Below are positions 8,837 to 19,600 of a stretch of DNA of 41,402 bases, one piece after another; the first letter of the stretch is position 1; the number at the start of each line of letters is the position of its first letter. Origin of the DNA: a virus (taxonomy: Duplodnaviria > Caudoviricetes); IMG/VR virus record IMGVR_UViG_3300033067_000869, positions 1 through 41,402 of that record; one strand, written 5' to 3'. Made by a program: the position numbers and the translations under genes. The notes under the pieces are model-generated. The model was not told where the DNA came from. It did not search any database and was given only the letters and a program-made list of their open reading frames with translations.

Positions 8837-10783
8837 ATGACTACTCCAAACGAATTACTTTCAATTTATTCAACGCAATCTCAAATTAGCAGTTTTTTTA
8901 CTGACAAGATGTTAATATATAGCGTTAAAAGTTATGGTGCTAAATGTGACAATGTCACAGATGACACAACAGCAATTAATAATACCATTATAGCTGTCAA
9001 TGCAAGTGGTGGAGGAATAGTATATTTCCCTGATAATTGCATGGTTACAGGGACAATAGCGTTATTATCTAATGTTGTACTAATTGGATATGATATAACA
9101 CTCAAGGCAGGAGCTTCAATAAGTGGAAATAGTTCAGTTATTAGCGCTTCAAGTATTGATAATGCGTATATTATTGGAATAACATTTAATGCCAATGGAT
9201 ATAGGCGATGGGGATTCTATGCAGATTCAGGATGTACCAATATATTTTTGCATGACGTTGATGCAAAATATTATACGGACAAGTATGGACAAGGTATTAA
9301 AGTTCCTGACAATAGCATTGTTGAACTAAAAAGACTTCCACGCATAAGACAAGTTATATACACTTCCTCAAGTGCTTCAACTGCAAGTGGTAGCTTGCCT
9401 GCTGCAACTTATAGAATAAGTGTGTGCGGTGTGGATGCGCTAGGAAGAGAAGCACCTTTATATTTGTATTCAAGTATGAGCGATAAAACATTGGCAAGCG
9501 CAGGAAAACTCACTATAGCATGGAACAAAGATAATTCGGCTAGAAGCTACAGGGTTTATGTTGGTGATTCTGTCTCTGCTGATTGGATGAAATTCTATAC
9601 GGTTCCTGTTACGAATGATGACCCTGCAACTTATACATACGATGTTACTGGTAACTATGCAACATTTGTAAGTACGGTAGCGGTAGCAACTGGAGCAGGA
9701 ACATTCACCGATAAAATTTACACAGATTATCAATTTAGGTTGTCGGCTTATTACACCGACGGAATGACTAACCATACTGGTAACAGCGTGATTCCTGTCA
9801 ACGTGACAATTAACGATACGTCAACCGTTGCAAACCTAACATGGGTTGCGCCTACTGGTGTTGCGCCCGATGGTTACATATTATTTGTAAGTTCACAAGA
9901 CACAGGTGGACTTCGTAATTTTGAAAAAATGATTGATGTCGGGGCAGTAACAAGCTATTCATATACAGGACAAACAGGGTTTATAATGTATCCGTTCGGG
10001 AATTCTGATGAAGTTGTTTGTGATGGCTATAGTTATCGTAACCTAGGTGGCTCAGGTAAAGCAATTTTTAATGGTCAAGTATTCGTTGGTGGTGAAAGAA
10101 CTGGAAGAGATTCAAGTGTTCAAATTGCAGGATATAGCGACGGTACAGGAACAGCAGTATATTCAGACCAATTTACAGGACTGTCACTACGATTGAAACA
10201 AATTGCAGGAACATTAGCTAGGGAATGGTGGACTCTTGGAATGTGGGGGAATGGTACCAACTTAGTTATCGGCAATACTTACCCAACTCCATTATCCATT
10301 ATGACATTAACACCAACTTATATCCTTACACCTTATCAAGCTAGAGCTTCTGCTTATGCTAATGCTAACTTCAATATTACTGCTGATGGGAATTGGAATT
10401 TACTTTCAACAGAACTAAACACAGAGGATTTTGATGTTGGTGCTAATTTTGCTTCAAGTGTGTTCACATGTCCAGTCGCAGGAATATACAGAGTTAATTT
10501 TACAGTAAGTTGTTACGGTAAATCTTCACCGGTTGTCTTAACACTAGGAGCAAGAATAAGAAAGAATATATCGTCTCCAAAGTACTGGGAAAATGGGTTA
10601 GACATAACACCTACTGCAACTAATAGACAAATATGCTTAAGTGTCGACGGATTAATACAGTGTGCAGTAAGTGACACTATACGTTTTGAAGTTAGAGCAT
10701 TTAATACAGGATCAACAGATACCGTCGCAATTGTTGGAGATGCAAATAGGTCAACAAGAGTAAGCATTGAATTGGTGGGGTGA
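8837..10783 (+). CDS. Tailspike/receptor-binding protein (pectate_lyase_3-type N-terminus, FN3-like middle, C1q-like C-terminus)
   Basis: SVKSYGAKCDNVTDDTTAINNTI..GGGIVYFP; LTIAW..SYRVY and LTWVAP..DGYILF; FASSVFTCPVAGIYRVNF. Confidence 0.75.
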   Translation: MTTPNELLSIYSTQSQISSFFTDKMLIYSVKSYGAKCDNVTDDTTAINNTIIAVNASGGGIVYFPDNCMVTGTIALLSNVVLIGYDITLKAGASISGNSSVISASSIDNAYIIGITFNANGYRRWGFYADSGCTNIFLHDVDAKYYTDKYGQGIKVPDNSIVELKRLPRIRQVIYTSSSASTASGSLPAATYRISVCGVDALGREAPLYLYSSMSDKTLASAGKLTIAWNKDNSARSYRVYVGDSVSADWMKFYTVPVTNDDPATYTYDVTGNYATFVSTVAVATGAGTFTDKIYTDYQFRLSAYYTDGMTNHTGNSVIPVNVTINDTSTVANLTWVAPTGVAPDGYILFVSSQDTGGLRNFEKMIDVGAVTSYSYTGQTGFIMYPFGNSDEVVCDGYSYRNLGGSGKAIFNGQVFVGGERTGRDSSVQIAGYSDGTGTAVYSDQFTGLSLRLKQIAGTLAREWWTLGMWGNGTNLVIGNTYPTPLSIMTLTPTYILTPYQARASAYANANFNITADGNWNLLSTELNTEDFDVGANFASSVFTCPVAGIYRVNFTVSCYGKSSPVVLTLGARIRKNISSPKYWENGLDITPTATNRQICLSVDGLIQCAVSDTIRFEVRAFNTGSTDTVAIVGDANRSTRVSIELVG

Positions 10784-10787
10784 TAAT

Positions 10788-11456
10788 ATGACACTTAGCG
10801 AAATATTAGATATGATTGACTTGCTTTACAATAATAATTTTTCAGATAACGAAAAAACAATAATACTAAATCAGCAATTGAGAATGATTTTTAGGGATTT
10901 ACAAAATGAAGAGTTTTACGAATTTACAACTATAGCTGACCAATGTTTTTATGCAATGGCTTCAGATATGAGTATTGATTTCATTGAATATGTTGGATTG
11001 ACTACTGATACAACAGTAACATCAAATTCAAGTTTTACAGAATATTCATTCGCTGAAATGTCCGATGTGTTAAGTGGTTATAAATATTTTGATGGATTAT
11101 CTGGTAATATTGGGTTATATCCAGTTCCTTCTACTACTGGTTATAATGTTAGGATAAGATATAAAGAAAGACCAGTATTACTAGATAGCACAAATCAATC
11201 TGTTACTCCAAATATTAAAGAAGATTATCATATGGCTTTAGTTTATGCGACAATATCGGAAATAGCAAGCGCAGGAAGTAACCCCGATATTGATATAGCT
11301 AATAACTATACCAACAAATTTAATGCCATTCTGCGTGAATTAAAACAAAATAGATATGAATTACTTCCAAAATATTCTGCAACTAAAAATGTTATGAAAT
11401 CATCAAGAAACAAATTAGCTTCAACAGATAAAATTGAGGTGATAGTCAATGTATAA
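10788..11456 (+). CDS. Head-tail adaptor (tail tubular protein A-like)
   Basis: MTLSEILDMI start after RBS GGGGTG; IGLYPVPS, PNIKEDYHMALVY motifs typical of podovirus adaptors. Confidence 0.75.
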   Translation: MTLSEILDMIDLLYNNNFSDNEKTIILNQQLRMIFRDLQNEEFYEFTTIADQCFYAMASDMSIDFIEYVGLTTDTTVTSNSSFTEYSFAEMSDVLSGYKYFDGLSGNIGLYPVPSTTGYNVRIRYKERPVLLDSTNQSVTPNIKEDYHMALVYATISEIASAGSNPDIDIANNYTNKFNAILRELKQNRYELLPKYSATKNVMKSSRNKLASTDKIEVIVNV

Positions 11457-12858
11457 ACCTTTACTTAAAGGTGCAAGAAGGGTTACAAAAAAATTAATAA
11501 ATCAGTTTGGTGATGGTATTAATACTTTTAATCCACCTTTAAATATTTTAGACTCTCAATCATCGGATTTAAGCAATGTTGATTCTAGCAAATATCCTGC
11601 TTTGAACGTGCGAAATGGTAAAACATCTTATGCAACAGCTTTAACTACTCCTAATGCGTTGGGACAAAGATTGAACACAAATCTTCATGTAGTTGATGGC
11701 ACAACTTGGAAGTATTGGAATGGTTCTGCTTATGTAAATGTTGCTACAAGTTTAACAAATGCAGGTGGAGCATTTGAAGAATTTGCAACAGGAACAACAA
11801 AATATACAATATTTAGCAATGGAACAGAGAGAAAAGCTTGGAATGGAACAACCGTAACAGATTTAACAAATGCTCCAACTGGAACAATAATATTTACTTC
11901 ACACAAAGGCAGAATTTATTGGGCAAGAGGTTACGATATTGTTTTTTCGGCATTGAATAGTATTAATGATTATTCAACACCAAACGATTCTGGAACGCTA
12001 GATATAACAAGAGCAAAGGGTGTTATAACTGGAATGTTCGAGTTTAATGGAAAGCTAATCGTTTTTACTGAATATGGAGCACATGAGTTATACGGAACAG
12101 GACCTACTAATTTTGAATTAATTGACATAGAGGGTGATGTTGGGTGCATATCTGACAAGTCAATTATAACATGTAACAGAATGTTATATTTTGTTGGGCT
12201 TGATGGAGTATACGAATATAACGGCGCTTCAATGAGTAAGATTTCAGAACCTTCATTAAGTAATGGTGTTACTGGTGGCGTAACTACTTTTATCAAAGGA
12301 ATTAAGACAAGCTTGAAATCAAAAGTTGTTTCTGGTGCTATTGGAGATTATTTGTATATATCAATTCCTTATGGCTCTAGTGCTTCGAATAATAATAAAA
12401 CTTTAGTATTTGATATAAAGTTACGCAAATGGTATGTAAGAGATGATTACTTTTTTGACTTTGAAACAATAGGAAGTACGTTGTATGGTGTAAACACAAG
12501 TGGAAGTTTATTTGATATGACAACTACAGCAACAAGCGATAATGGTTCGAGTATTGACTGGTATTTCATAACAAAGCCATTTACTGACTTTGTTGCAAAG
12601 GAAAGTAAAACAATAAGTGACATATGGATTATATATGATTTACCGATTGGAAGTACATTTACATTAAGTTATTCTTCAACTGTTGATGGTAACGATTTTA
12701 CAACATTGAAAACATTTACAGCTAGCGCAGACGAACAAAACACAAGAATTCAAATTCCTGTTAACGTTTTGCAGAATGTAACGTTTTATAGATTTAAGTT
12801 TTCAGGCTCTGGTCAATGTACTATATATTTCATGGAACAGTTTTATAGGGTAGGGTGA
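11449..12858 (+). CDS. Tail nozzle / DNA stabilisation protein (P22 gp10-like beta-propeller)
   Basis: FGDGIN, HKGRIYW, IVFSAL, GDVGCISDKSI, LYFVGLDGVYEYNG motifs. Confidence 0.8.
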   Translation: MYKPLLKGARRVTKKLINQFGDGINTFNPPLNILDSQSSDLSNVDSSKYPALNVRNGKTSYATALTTPNALGQRLNTNLHVVDGTTWKYWNGSAYVNVATSLTNAGGAFEEFATGTTKYTIFSNGTERKAWNGTTVTDLTNAPTGTIIFTSHKGRIYWARGYDIVFSALNSINDYSTPNDSGTLDITRAKGVITGMFEFNGKLIVFTEYGAHELYGTGPTNFELIDIEGDVGCISDKSIITCNRMLYFVGLDGVYEYNGASMSKISEPSLSNGVTGGVTTFIKGIKTSLKSKVVSGAIGDYLYISIPYGSSASNNNKTLVFDIKLRKWYVRDDYFFDFETIGSTLYGVNTSGSLFDMTTTATSDNGSSIDWYFITKPFTDFVAKESKTISDIWIIYDLPIGSTFTLSYSSTVDGNDFTTLKTFTASADEQNTRIQIPVNVLQNVTFYRFKFSGSGQCTIYFMEQFYRVG

Positions 12859-12862
12859 TTAT

Positions 12863-13354
12863 ATGGCGAATCAAGAGTTTTTGACACTGTTCGAAAAACC
12901 AGAGGATACGTTAAAATCATGGGAACGTAAGCTAAACCATATATTATCTAATTTGTTATCATCATCTTATTTAAGCATAAGTGCTACCGATGTTTCTGTT
13001 ACTGATGCAGGTAGTTATTTTGCAACAGATAATGTTGAATTTGCATTACAATACCTTGCATTGATTTCTCTTGGTGCAAGAATAAAAGTAACTACAGTAA
13101 CAGCAGGAACGGTTAATTTACTTGCTTCCGATGCAGGTGTAATTATTTGCAATCGTGGTTCGGCAATGACGGTTAACTTACCAACAGCAGTAAGCAACAG
13201 CGGTTTATCATTCTTGATAACTAATATAGGAGCAGGAACGGTTACGCTTGATCCAAATTTATTAGAAACAATAATGGGAGAATCAACATTCGATTTATAC
13301 CAATACGAAAATATTTGTATTGTTAGCGATGGGACAAATTGGTATTTAAGGTAG
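12863..13354 (+). CDS. Short tail fibre/needle-associated protein
   Basis: DAGSYFATDNVEFALQ and MTVNLPTA..TNIGAGTVTLDP..IVSDGTNWY fibre motifs. Confidence 0.65.
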   Translation: MANQEFLTLFEKPEDTLKSWERKLNHILSNLLSSSYLSISATDVSVTDAGSYFATDNVEFALQYLALISLGARIKVTTVTAGTVNLLASDAGVIICNRGSAMTVNLPTAVSNSGLSFLITNIGAGTVTLDPNLLETIMGESTFDLYQYENICIVSDGTNWYLR

Positions 13355-13361
13355 GTGACAT

Positions 13362-14114
13362 ATGAGTAATTTGAGAAAAAAGATAAATATAAACACAGCA
13401 GGAACAGAAATATTTACAAACGCTAATCCCGGGGCAATTTCTGATGGTGGCGGTAGTGTAACAGTTGATGGAAGTGTATCAGCTACTCAATCAGGAACAT
13501 GGAACATTGGAACTGTTACAGCCGTAACAGGAATAACAAACGTTGTTTCGGTTAACGATAATGGTTCTACACTTTCAATTGATGACGGCGGAAACAGCAT
13601 ATCCATAGATGATGGCGGAAACGAACTATTAACAATAGATTATGCACACAAAGAAATACATGAGGGAAATCATTATTCTGCGTGTTATATATTCGCTGGA
13701 GTAGCCAATAATGCAAGTGCAGAATTAAGAATTTTGAATGGTTCTACTAAATATTTACATTTATTAGTTTATGTTAATTGTGAACTAAAAACATATTCAT
13801 ACATATATGAAGCCACAACATATTCAGGGAATGGTACATCGCTTAGTATTTATAATAATAACCGTTCAAGTGCAAAAGTATCTACAGCTACGGTATATCA
13901 CACGCCAACGGTTAATGTTTTAGGAACTGAAATTTTATGCGAAATGATTCCAGCAGGCTCAAAAAGTACACCGCTTGGAGGTTCAAGTGCTTCAAGGTTA
14001 GAATATATATTAGATACTTCAACAGATTATCTTATAAGAGTTACCTCTAAAGGTGGCGCAGGTTCTAGCAATGACATATCAATTATATGTGAATGGTATG
14101 AGGAATCAGTTTAA
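13362..14114 (+). CDS. Tail-associated structural protein
   Basis: ISDGGGSVTVDG / SIDDGGNS repeats, then a beta-rich domain ending CEWYE. Confidence 0.6.
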   Translation: MSNLRKKININTAGTEIFTNANPGAISDGGGSVTVDGSVSATQSGTWNIGTVTAVTGITNVVSVNDNGSTLSIDDGGNSISIDDGGNELLTIDYAHKEIHEGNHYSACYIFAGVANNASAELRILNGSTKYLHLLVYVNCELKTYSYIYEATTYSGNGTSLSIYNNNRSSAKVSTATVYHTPTVNVLGTEILCEMIPAGSKSTPLGGSSASRLEYILDTSTDYLIRVTSKGGAGSSNDISIICEWYEESV

Positions 14115-14129
14115 AAAGGAGTTGAGAAC

Positions 14130-16634
14130 ATGGCAGATTCAATAAACGGATTAACGCAACTAAGAGGAACACTTGAAAGTGTTGGACATAAAGTTGGATG
14201 GAATCCAAACAATAATCAAGTTTTAGTTAATGATAAACCACTTGATGTGGCAGGCTATCAAAATATAGGCGGTCATTATTACGGAACACCAGAACAAGTG
14301 TCTAAAACATTGCAAGCATTAGGAACTCCAACGCTTAGAGGAACAGTTGAAAGTACTGGAAATACTGTAGGATGGGATCAAGCCAAAGGACAGGTTTCAA
14401 TAAATAACCAACCTTACGATACTACAGGGTGGACTAATGTTGGTGGCACTTACTATGGCAATAAAGATATGCAGTCTAAATTATTACAACAATATCCAAA
14501 CAAAACAGCACCTAAACCAACTCAAGTTGGCGGTAATAATGGACAAACTTACAATTACGCACCACAGCAATTTACACAGCCACAAGTACAAGAGAATGAA
14601 CAGCAGACTATTGCGAGACTAACAAAAGACCCAACGGTTGCAATGGTTATTAATGGCTTTAATAAAAACAAAGGTGATTTACACTTTCAGAATACTACAC
14701 AGGCAAACATTGACGCTTATTATAACCAAAAAATAAATAATGATTTGTCGTACTACTTACCAAGCTTGTCACCGCAAGAAAGAACAGCTTTGACTAATTA
14801 CATGAAGGCAGGAAATTTTAGTAACATTGGTCAAACAACTGTAAACCAACAAGGACAAGCAAGCTTCGGAACACCAGAGCAGGAACAACAAAAAGCTGAA
14901 CAAGCAAGACAAGAAGCATTTGCAAATACTAGAGACGTTAACCAAGCACAACAAGCATATAACCAAGCTAAAGGGTATATAGAACAGAACGGACAGTTAA
15001 CTCCAAATTTACAAACTCAATCACAACAACAAAACCAACAAGGACAACAACTAACAGCAAGAGGAGAGCTTGAAAAAGACCCTAATATAATGGTGGATTG
15101 GGATCCAAATAATCCTAACATGATGATTGTTAATGGAAAATATATTGACCCTGCAAGATATGGGCTTCAAAATATTAATGGTCGTTTCACAGGAACACCA
15201 GAACAAATAAAAAATTTTTCTAATGCAATGGCACAATTGACAGCAGACCCAACGAAACAAGCTACAGACACATATATTCAAGGCGTTAATGACTTGCAAA
15301 AAAGCTACACCAATGCAATGACGGACGTTTTAAAGGATAGAAAGGCATTATCACAAAACATAATTGACACATTAAAATCAACAAACTATACAAGTACAAT
15401 GCTTCCAGTTATGCAAAAGATAATTAAAGATGTTGATTCTTCAACGTTTACATATGATCCATTAACTGACCCCGAATTTCAACAAGCTTCAAAGGCTTTG
15501 GAAAGACAAGTCATGGAAGAAATGAACTCTAGGGGAATATTAAATTCTACGGTAACATTAGACCGAATAACTAAAACAGTTCAAGAAATGATACCGGAGT
15601 TTAGGAAACAGGCTTACATGATGTGGCAGGATAAAATTAATCAAAAATGGAAATCGTTTGATGCTTATGGGAAAATTGATGAAATGTCATACAGGCAATA
15701 CAAAGACAATCTTGATAAGACGATGAAGATAGCTGATTATGCTTATAACTTCACAAAGGACGATATGAATATAATCAAGGACAACTTTACTATGGCAACA
15801 GACTTAATTACAAAAAAATATTCAGCACAAATTAAACTTGCTGAAAACGATATCCAAAAAAGAAAAGATGCTATGGACAGAGTCAAGCTTACAGGATATG
15901 CCAATAATTATGATGCTTCAATATTGGGTGTTGCCCCCGGTACTCTTTCGGAAGAAGTAGCAAAAGAGAACAGACAAACAGAAAGCGAATTAAAAAAGAT
16001 AATGGCAAAAGGTATTGAAGATAGAAAAAATACTATTGAAGAAAGTAAAAAATCTTTAGCAACAATAGAAGCTAACAAACAGGCTGACATTGATAAAAAG
16101 AAAGCAGAAGAACTTGCCAAGTCAACACAAAAGGGAAATATGGCTCAAATACTAGCACCTATTAGCAGTCTTTCTGCTGATGAAAAGATGCAGTATTTAA
16201 ACAACAGTTCAGGAGCATTGAAACAACTTATTAAAGAAGAAAAAATAAACGGTGCTGATTTACAGGATGCTATTCTTGAAATCGGGAAACAAAAGCAACA
16301 AGAGATTGACAACTATTATAAGGCAGATGCTTCTTCTAGGGGATGGACAAGTATTAATAAGTCGGATGAAAGCAAGAACATACAAACTTATAAAGATGAA
16401 TACTCAAGGGTTGACAGTATGCTTGATAGTATGCAAAAAGATTCAATAGGAAAAGTTTATTCAAAAACTGATAGCGAAAAACTTTACGATGCAAATTTAA
16501 GAAACAGACCAATTGATGACTTTCATACAGTAGGTTCGGTTGAGTTTAATTTGGCATTAGATAAGATAAACAATTCAAATCTTAGCGTACAAGATAAAAT
16601 ATTATTAGCAACAAAATATGGTTTAAATAAGTGA
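14130..16634 (+). CDS. Internal virion/ejection protein with three stalk-like repeats
   Basis: Q/N-rich helical protein; FTYDPLTDPEFQQA..MNSRGILNST motif; LRG..E..G..V.W repeats; position after tail genes. Confidence 0.65.
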   Translation: MADSINGLTQLRGTLESVGHKVGWNPNNNQVLVNDKPLDVAGYQNIGGHYYGTPEQVSKTLQALGTPTLRGTVESTGNTVGWDQAKGQVSINNQPYDTTGWTNVGGTYYGNKDMQSKLLQQYPNKTAPKPTQVGGNNGQTYNYAPQQFTQPQVQENEQQTIARLTKDPTVAMVINGFNKNKGDLHFQNTTQANIDAYYNQKINNDLSYYLPSLSPQERTALTNYMKAGNFSNIGQTTVNQQGQASFGTPEQEQQKAEQARQEAFANTRDVNQAQQAYNQAKGYIEQNGQLTPNLQTQSQQQNQQGQQLTARGELEKDPNIMVDWDPNNPNMMIVNGKYIDPARYGLQNINGRFTGTPEQIKNFSNAMAQLTADPTKQATDTYIQGVNDLQKSYTNAMTDVLKDRKALSQNIIDTLKSTNYTSTMLPVMQKIIKDVDSSTFTYDPLTDPEFQQASKALERQVMEEMNSRGILNSTVTLDRITKTVQEMIPEFRKQAYMMWQDKINQKWKSFDAYGKIDEMSYRQYKDNLDKTMKIADYAYNFTKDDMNIIKDNFTMATDLITKKYSAQIKLAENDIQKRKDAMDRVKLTGYANNYDASILGVAPGTLSEEVAKENRQTESELKKIMAKGIEDRKNTIEESKKSLATIEANKQADIDKKKAEELAKSTQKGNMAQILAPISSLSADEKMQYLNNSSGALKQLIKEEKINGADLQDAILEIGKQKQQEIDNYYKADASSRGWTSINKSDESKNIQTYKDEYSRVDSMLDSMQKDSIGKVYSKTDSEKLYDANLRNRPIDDFHTVGSVEFNLALDKINNSNLSVQDKILLATKYGLNK

Positions 16635-16644
16635 GGTGTATTAG

Positions 16645-19600
16645 ATGACAGGAACAGAACGTTATTTTATTGAAAAACTTCCTTATCACCCTGACGTTAT
16701 GAAGGCTCAAGAAGAAAAGGCTAAGAAAACACAGGAAGAAGAAATTAAGAAAGCACAAGAAGCCAAAACAAGTAAACAATATATCGGGCAACCTTTAGTT
16801 GAAGAAATGACTAGAAGATATAATGCGCCCTTGATACCTAAAGAGATAGTACCTAAAGAGATAGCTAATAATATTCCTAGTGTTTCAGATTTGGTACAAG
16901 GTGCAGGAAAAGCAATTTCAACTGGAATTGATTATCTTCAAAATGAAAGCGAAAAATATTACAAGGGCAATACACCATTAACAAAAGATGAAGAAAATAT
17001 GAAACAATCTCTTGCAGAATATTCTTATCAGATACCAGAACTAGCAGACCAACTTAGGCAAGATTCAGATTATTTAGCAAGATACTATGCTATAAATAGC
17101 GACCAAGTATACGGCAAAGGAGGGATATTCGACTATTACATTGCGAAAGGCGATGAAGAATATCAGAAAAAATTACAATACGACTTTGACCAAAAAAATA
17201 TGCTTGATAAAGTTTTAACTATAGCAAAAGATGGAGCGTTAAGGTCATTAGGTGGTAACAGCCCATTTGTTCCTAGGACTGGAAACGCATGGATAGATAC
17301 TCCTGCTAGTTTGATTGGTGGGCTTGCAGGTGGTTCTGTTACTCCCGGATTAGGTGCAGGCGGTGCGTTCGGAGCTTCTGCAACCGTTGGAACAAAAGCG
17401 GTTTCAGCTGTTTCCCCTAAAATAGCACAAATAATGAAATCACCGTTACCAAATACTACTGCTACAAACATTGCAAAAAACATTGGTGCTAAAGCTGTTG
17501 AAGGTGCAGCAACAATGGCACCGTATTCTATTTCAACGCAAAGTTTATTAGACCCAAATGCTAGCGAAACTGAACAATGGCAAAACTTGGGCTTAAGTAC
17601 TTTGATGGGTGCAGGTATGGGGGCAGGGCTTGGGTTAGCAGGAACAGGATTTAGCAAAGTAAAAAACGTATTCAAGCCAAGTGAACCTGTTGTTGCGCCA
17701 AAAATAACACCCGATGATTTGTCACAATTTAAAATGCCTGAAACAAATATACCGAAACCACCGTATAAGTTAGGTATGCCCAAATCAGATACATACAGAA
17801 TAAAACCTATTAGAGAAGTATCTGACCCAATGAATCCAAACATTGAAGATATTCCAAGCAATAGACAGCAGTCATTAAATTTTGATGATAGAATGTATTA
17901 TGGTAAAATTTCAAAAAGAGATGTAAACGCATATCAATTTGACAATCCAGAAGTAAAACCTTTTTACAAAGAATATGCTTCATATTTTCTTGAAAATGAA
18001 TTTGTACCACACGCACAAAAAGAATTATATCCAAGTAAAGCTATGGAGTTACTTAAAGAAAAGTCTGGGTTAACACCGAAAAATGTTAAAGATGGTTTGG
18101 AGCGTATAATTGAAGATAATGGGAAAGAGAATGTTGCAAACGCAAAAAAAATCGAAGTATCTTTAGATTATATGTTAAGTAATGGTATACCAGAATCCAG
18201 AACTTTACCAAAAGGATTTCCTCCAGTAAAAAAATATCTTGAAATAAAATCAAAATTAGAAGGTAAGCAATATACAGAACCGAAAGAAATAGATTTAACA
18301 GATTTACCACATGAGTCAAATTTTGCAAAACCATATCAGCAAAAACCAGAAGATACATTTAATTATAATTTTAACAGAGAAAACACAAACGCACCAAACA
18401 AAAATACGCCAAATTTGATTGCAAATAACCAAGGAAATACAAAACTACCTTTAAAAGAAAACGCAACAAATTTGGTACAATCTGAATCGAAGATACCGAA
18501 TCAGAATATACCAAAATTAAACAAAGAGTTTGATTTATATTTAACAGAAACTAATGAAGTTGCTGATAGTATAAGATATACAGGTTATGATAAAACAAAA
18601 AAAATCTATGTTGGCGATTTTATAGCTCAAAGCAATAATAAATATGAAGATTTTTACAAGCAACTAGAAAATCAATTTGATTCAACATTTAAACCTAGAA
18701 ATATAAAAGAAAATAAATATGATGTTTTTGATGAAAAAGAGTTTGAAAAAAGTTTAGACACGCAAGCAGAAAAAGAATCACGCATAATAAACTCAAAATC
18801 AAACGAAAATACACCTAGCAATACAAATTCACCTTTGAAAGAAAACGCAACAAATTTAGGGCAATCTGAAACGAAAGTAACGAATTATGATTATAAAACG
18901 TTGCCAAATGAACCAAAACAAATTGAAACAATGCTTAATGATGTCAAATCAAAGATTGCCGATATGGAGTCAAAAGGACTTGACCATATTATTGACGAGA
19001 ATGGAAAGAAGTGGTTGAAAGTAGACCTTCAATTGTTCGCACAAAAAGCGGAAGAAAAATTAATGGAGGTTAGCAAGTTTAAAAGCAATACAATTGAAAA
19101 ATCTGGTTTAACTGATACTCCAGAAATGAAGGAAGTTATTGACGATGTAGACATGAACTATGAAGTTAAACCACATGAAACATCAATAAAACTAGCGGAT
19201 GAAAATTTAAAGAATGACTATGACGGAACTTATAAAAGAATACTTGAAAATGGTGCTGAAACTTCCGAGGATACTGTTGCCGCTAAAACAATAATGAACA
19301 ACTTAAAAAATGCACTTAAGGAAAACCCTACAGATATTAAGATTGCTTCAAAAATAAAAAAAATTGCTAAAGCTTTACAAGAAAAATTCACTTCAATGGG
19401 TCAAACAATAGAAGCGTTGAAACTATGGCAACCAAAAACAGCAGAAGGCGCAATTATAAAAGCTGAAAAAATAGTTCAAAAAACGGAAGAAAAAATAAAA
19501 AAACAATCTCCGCAAAAAATAAAAGATATAGATAAACAATCAAAAGAAGTAAACGATATCATAAAACAATCAGAAAAGAAAGCCATTAACGATGTTACAA

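Noticed and set aside
13570-13625. SIDDGGN short duplication in tail gene
   Set aside because: Ordinary fibre-shaft repeat; nothing suggests a separate function.
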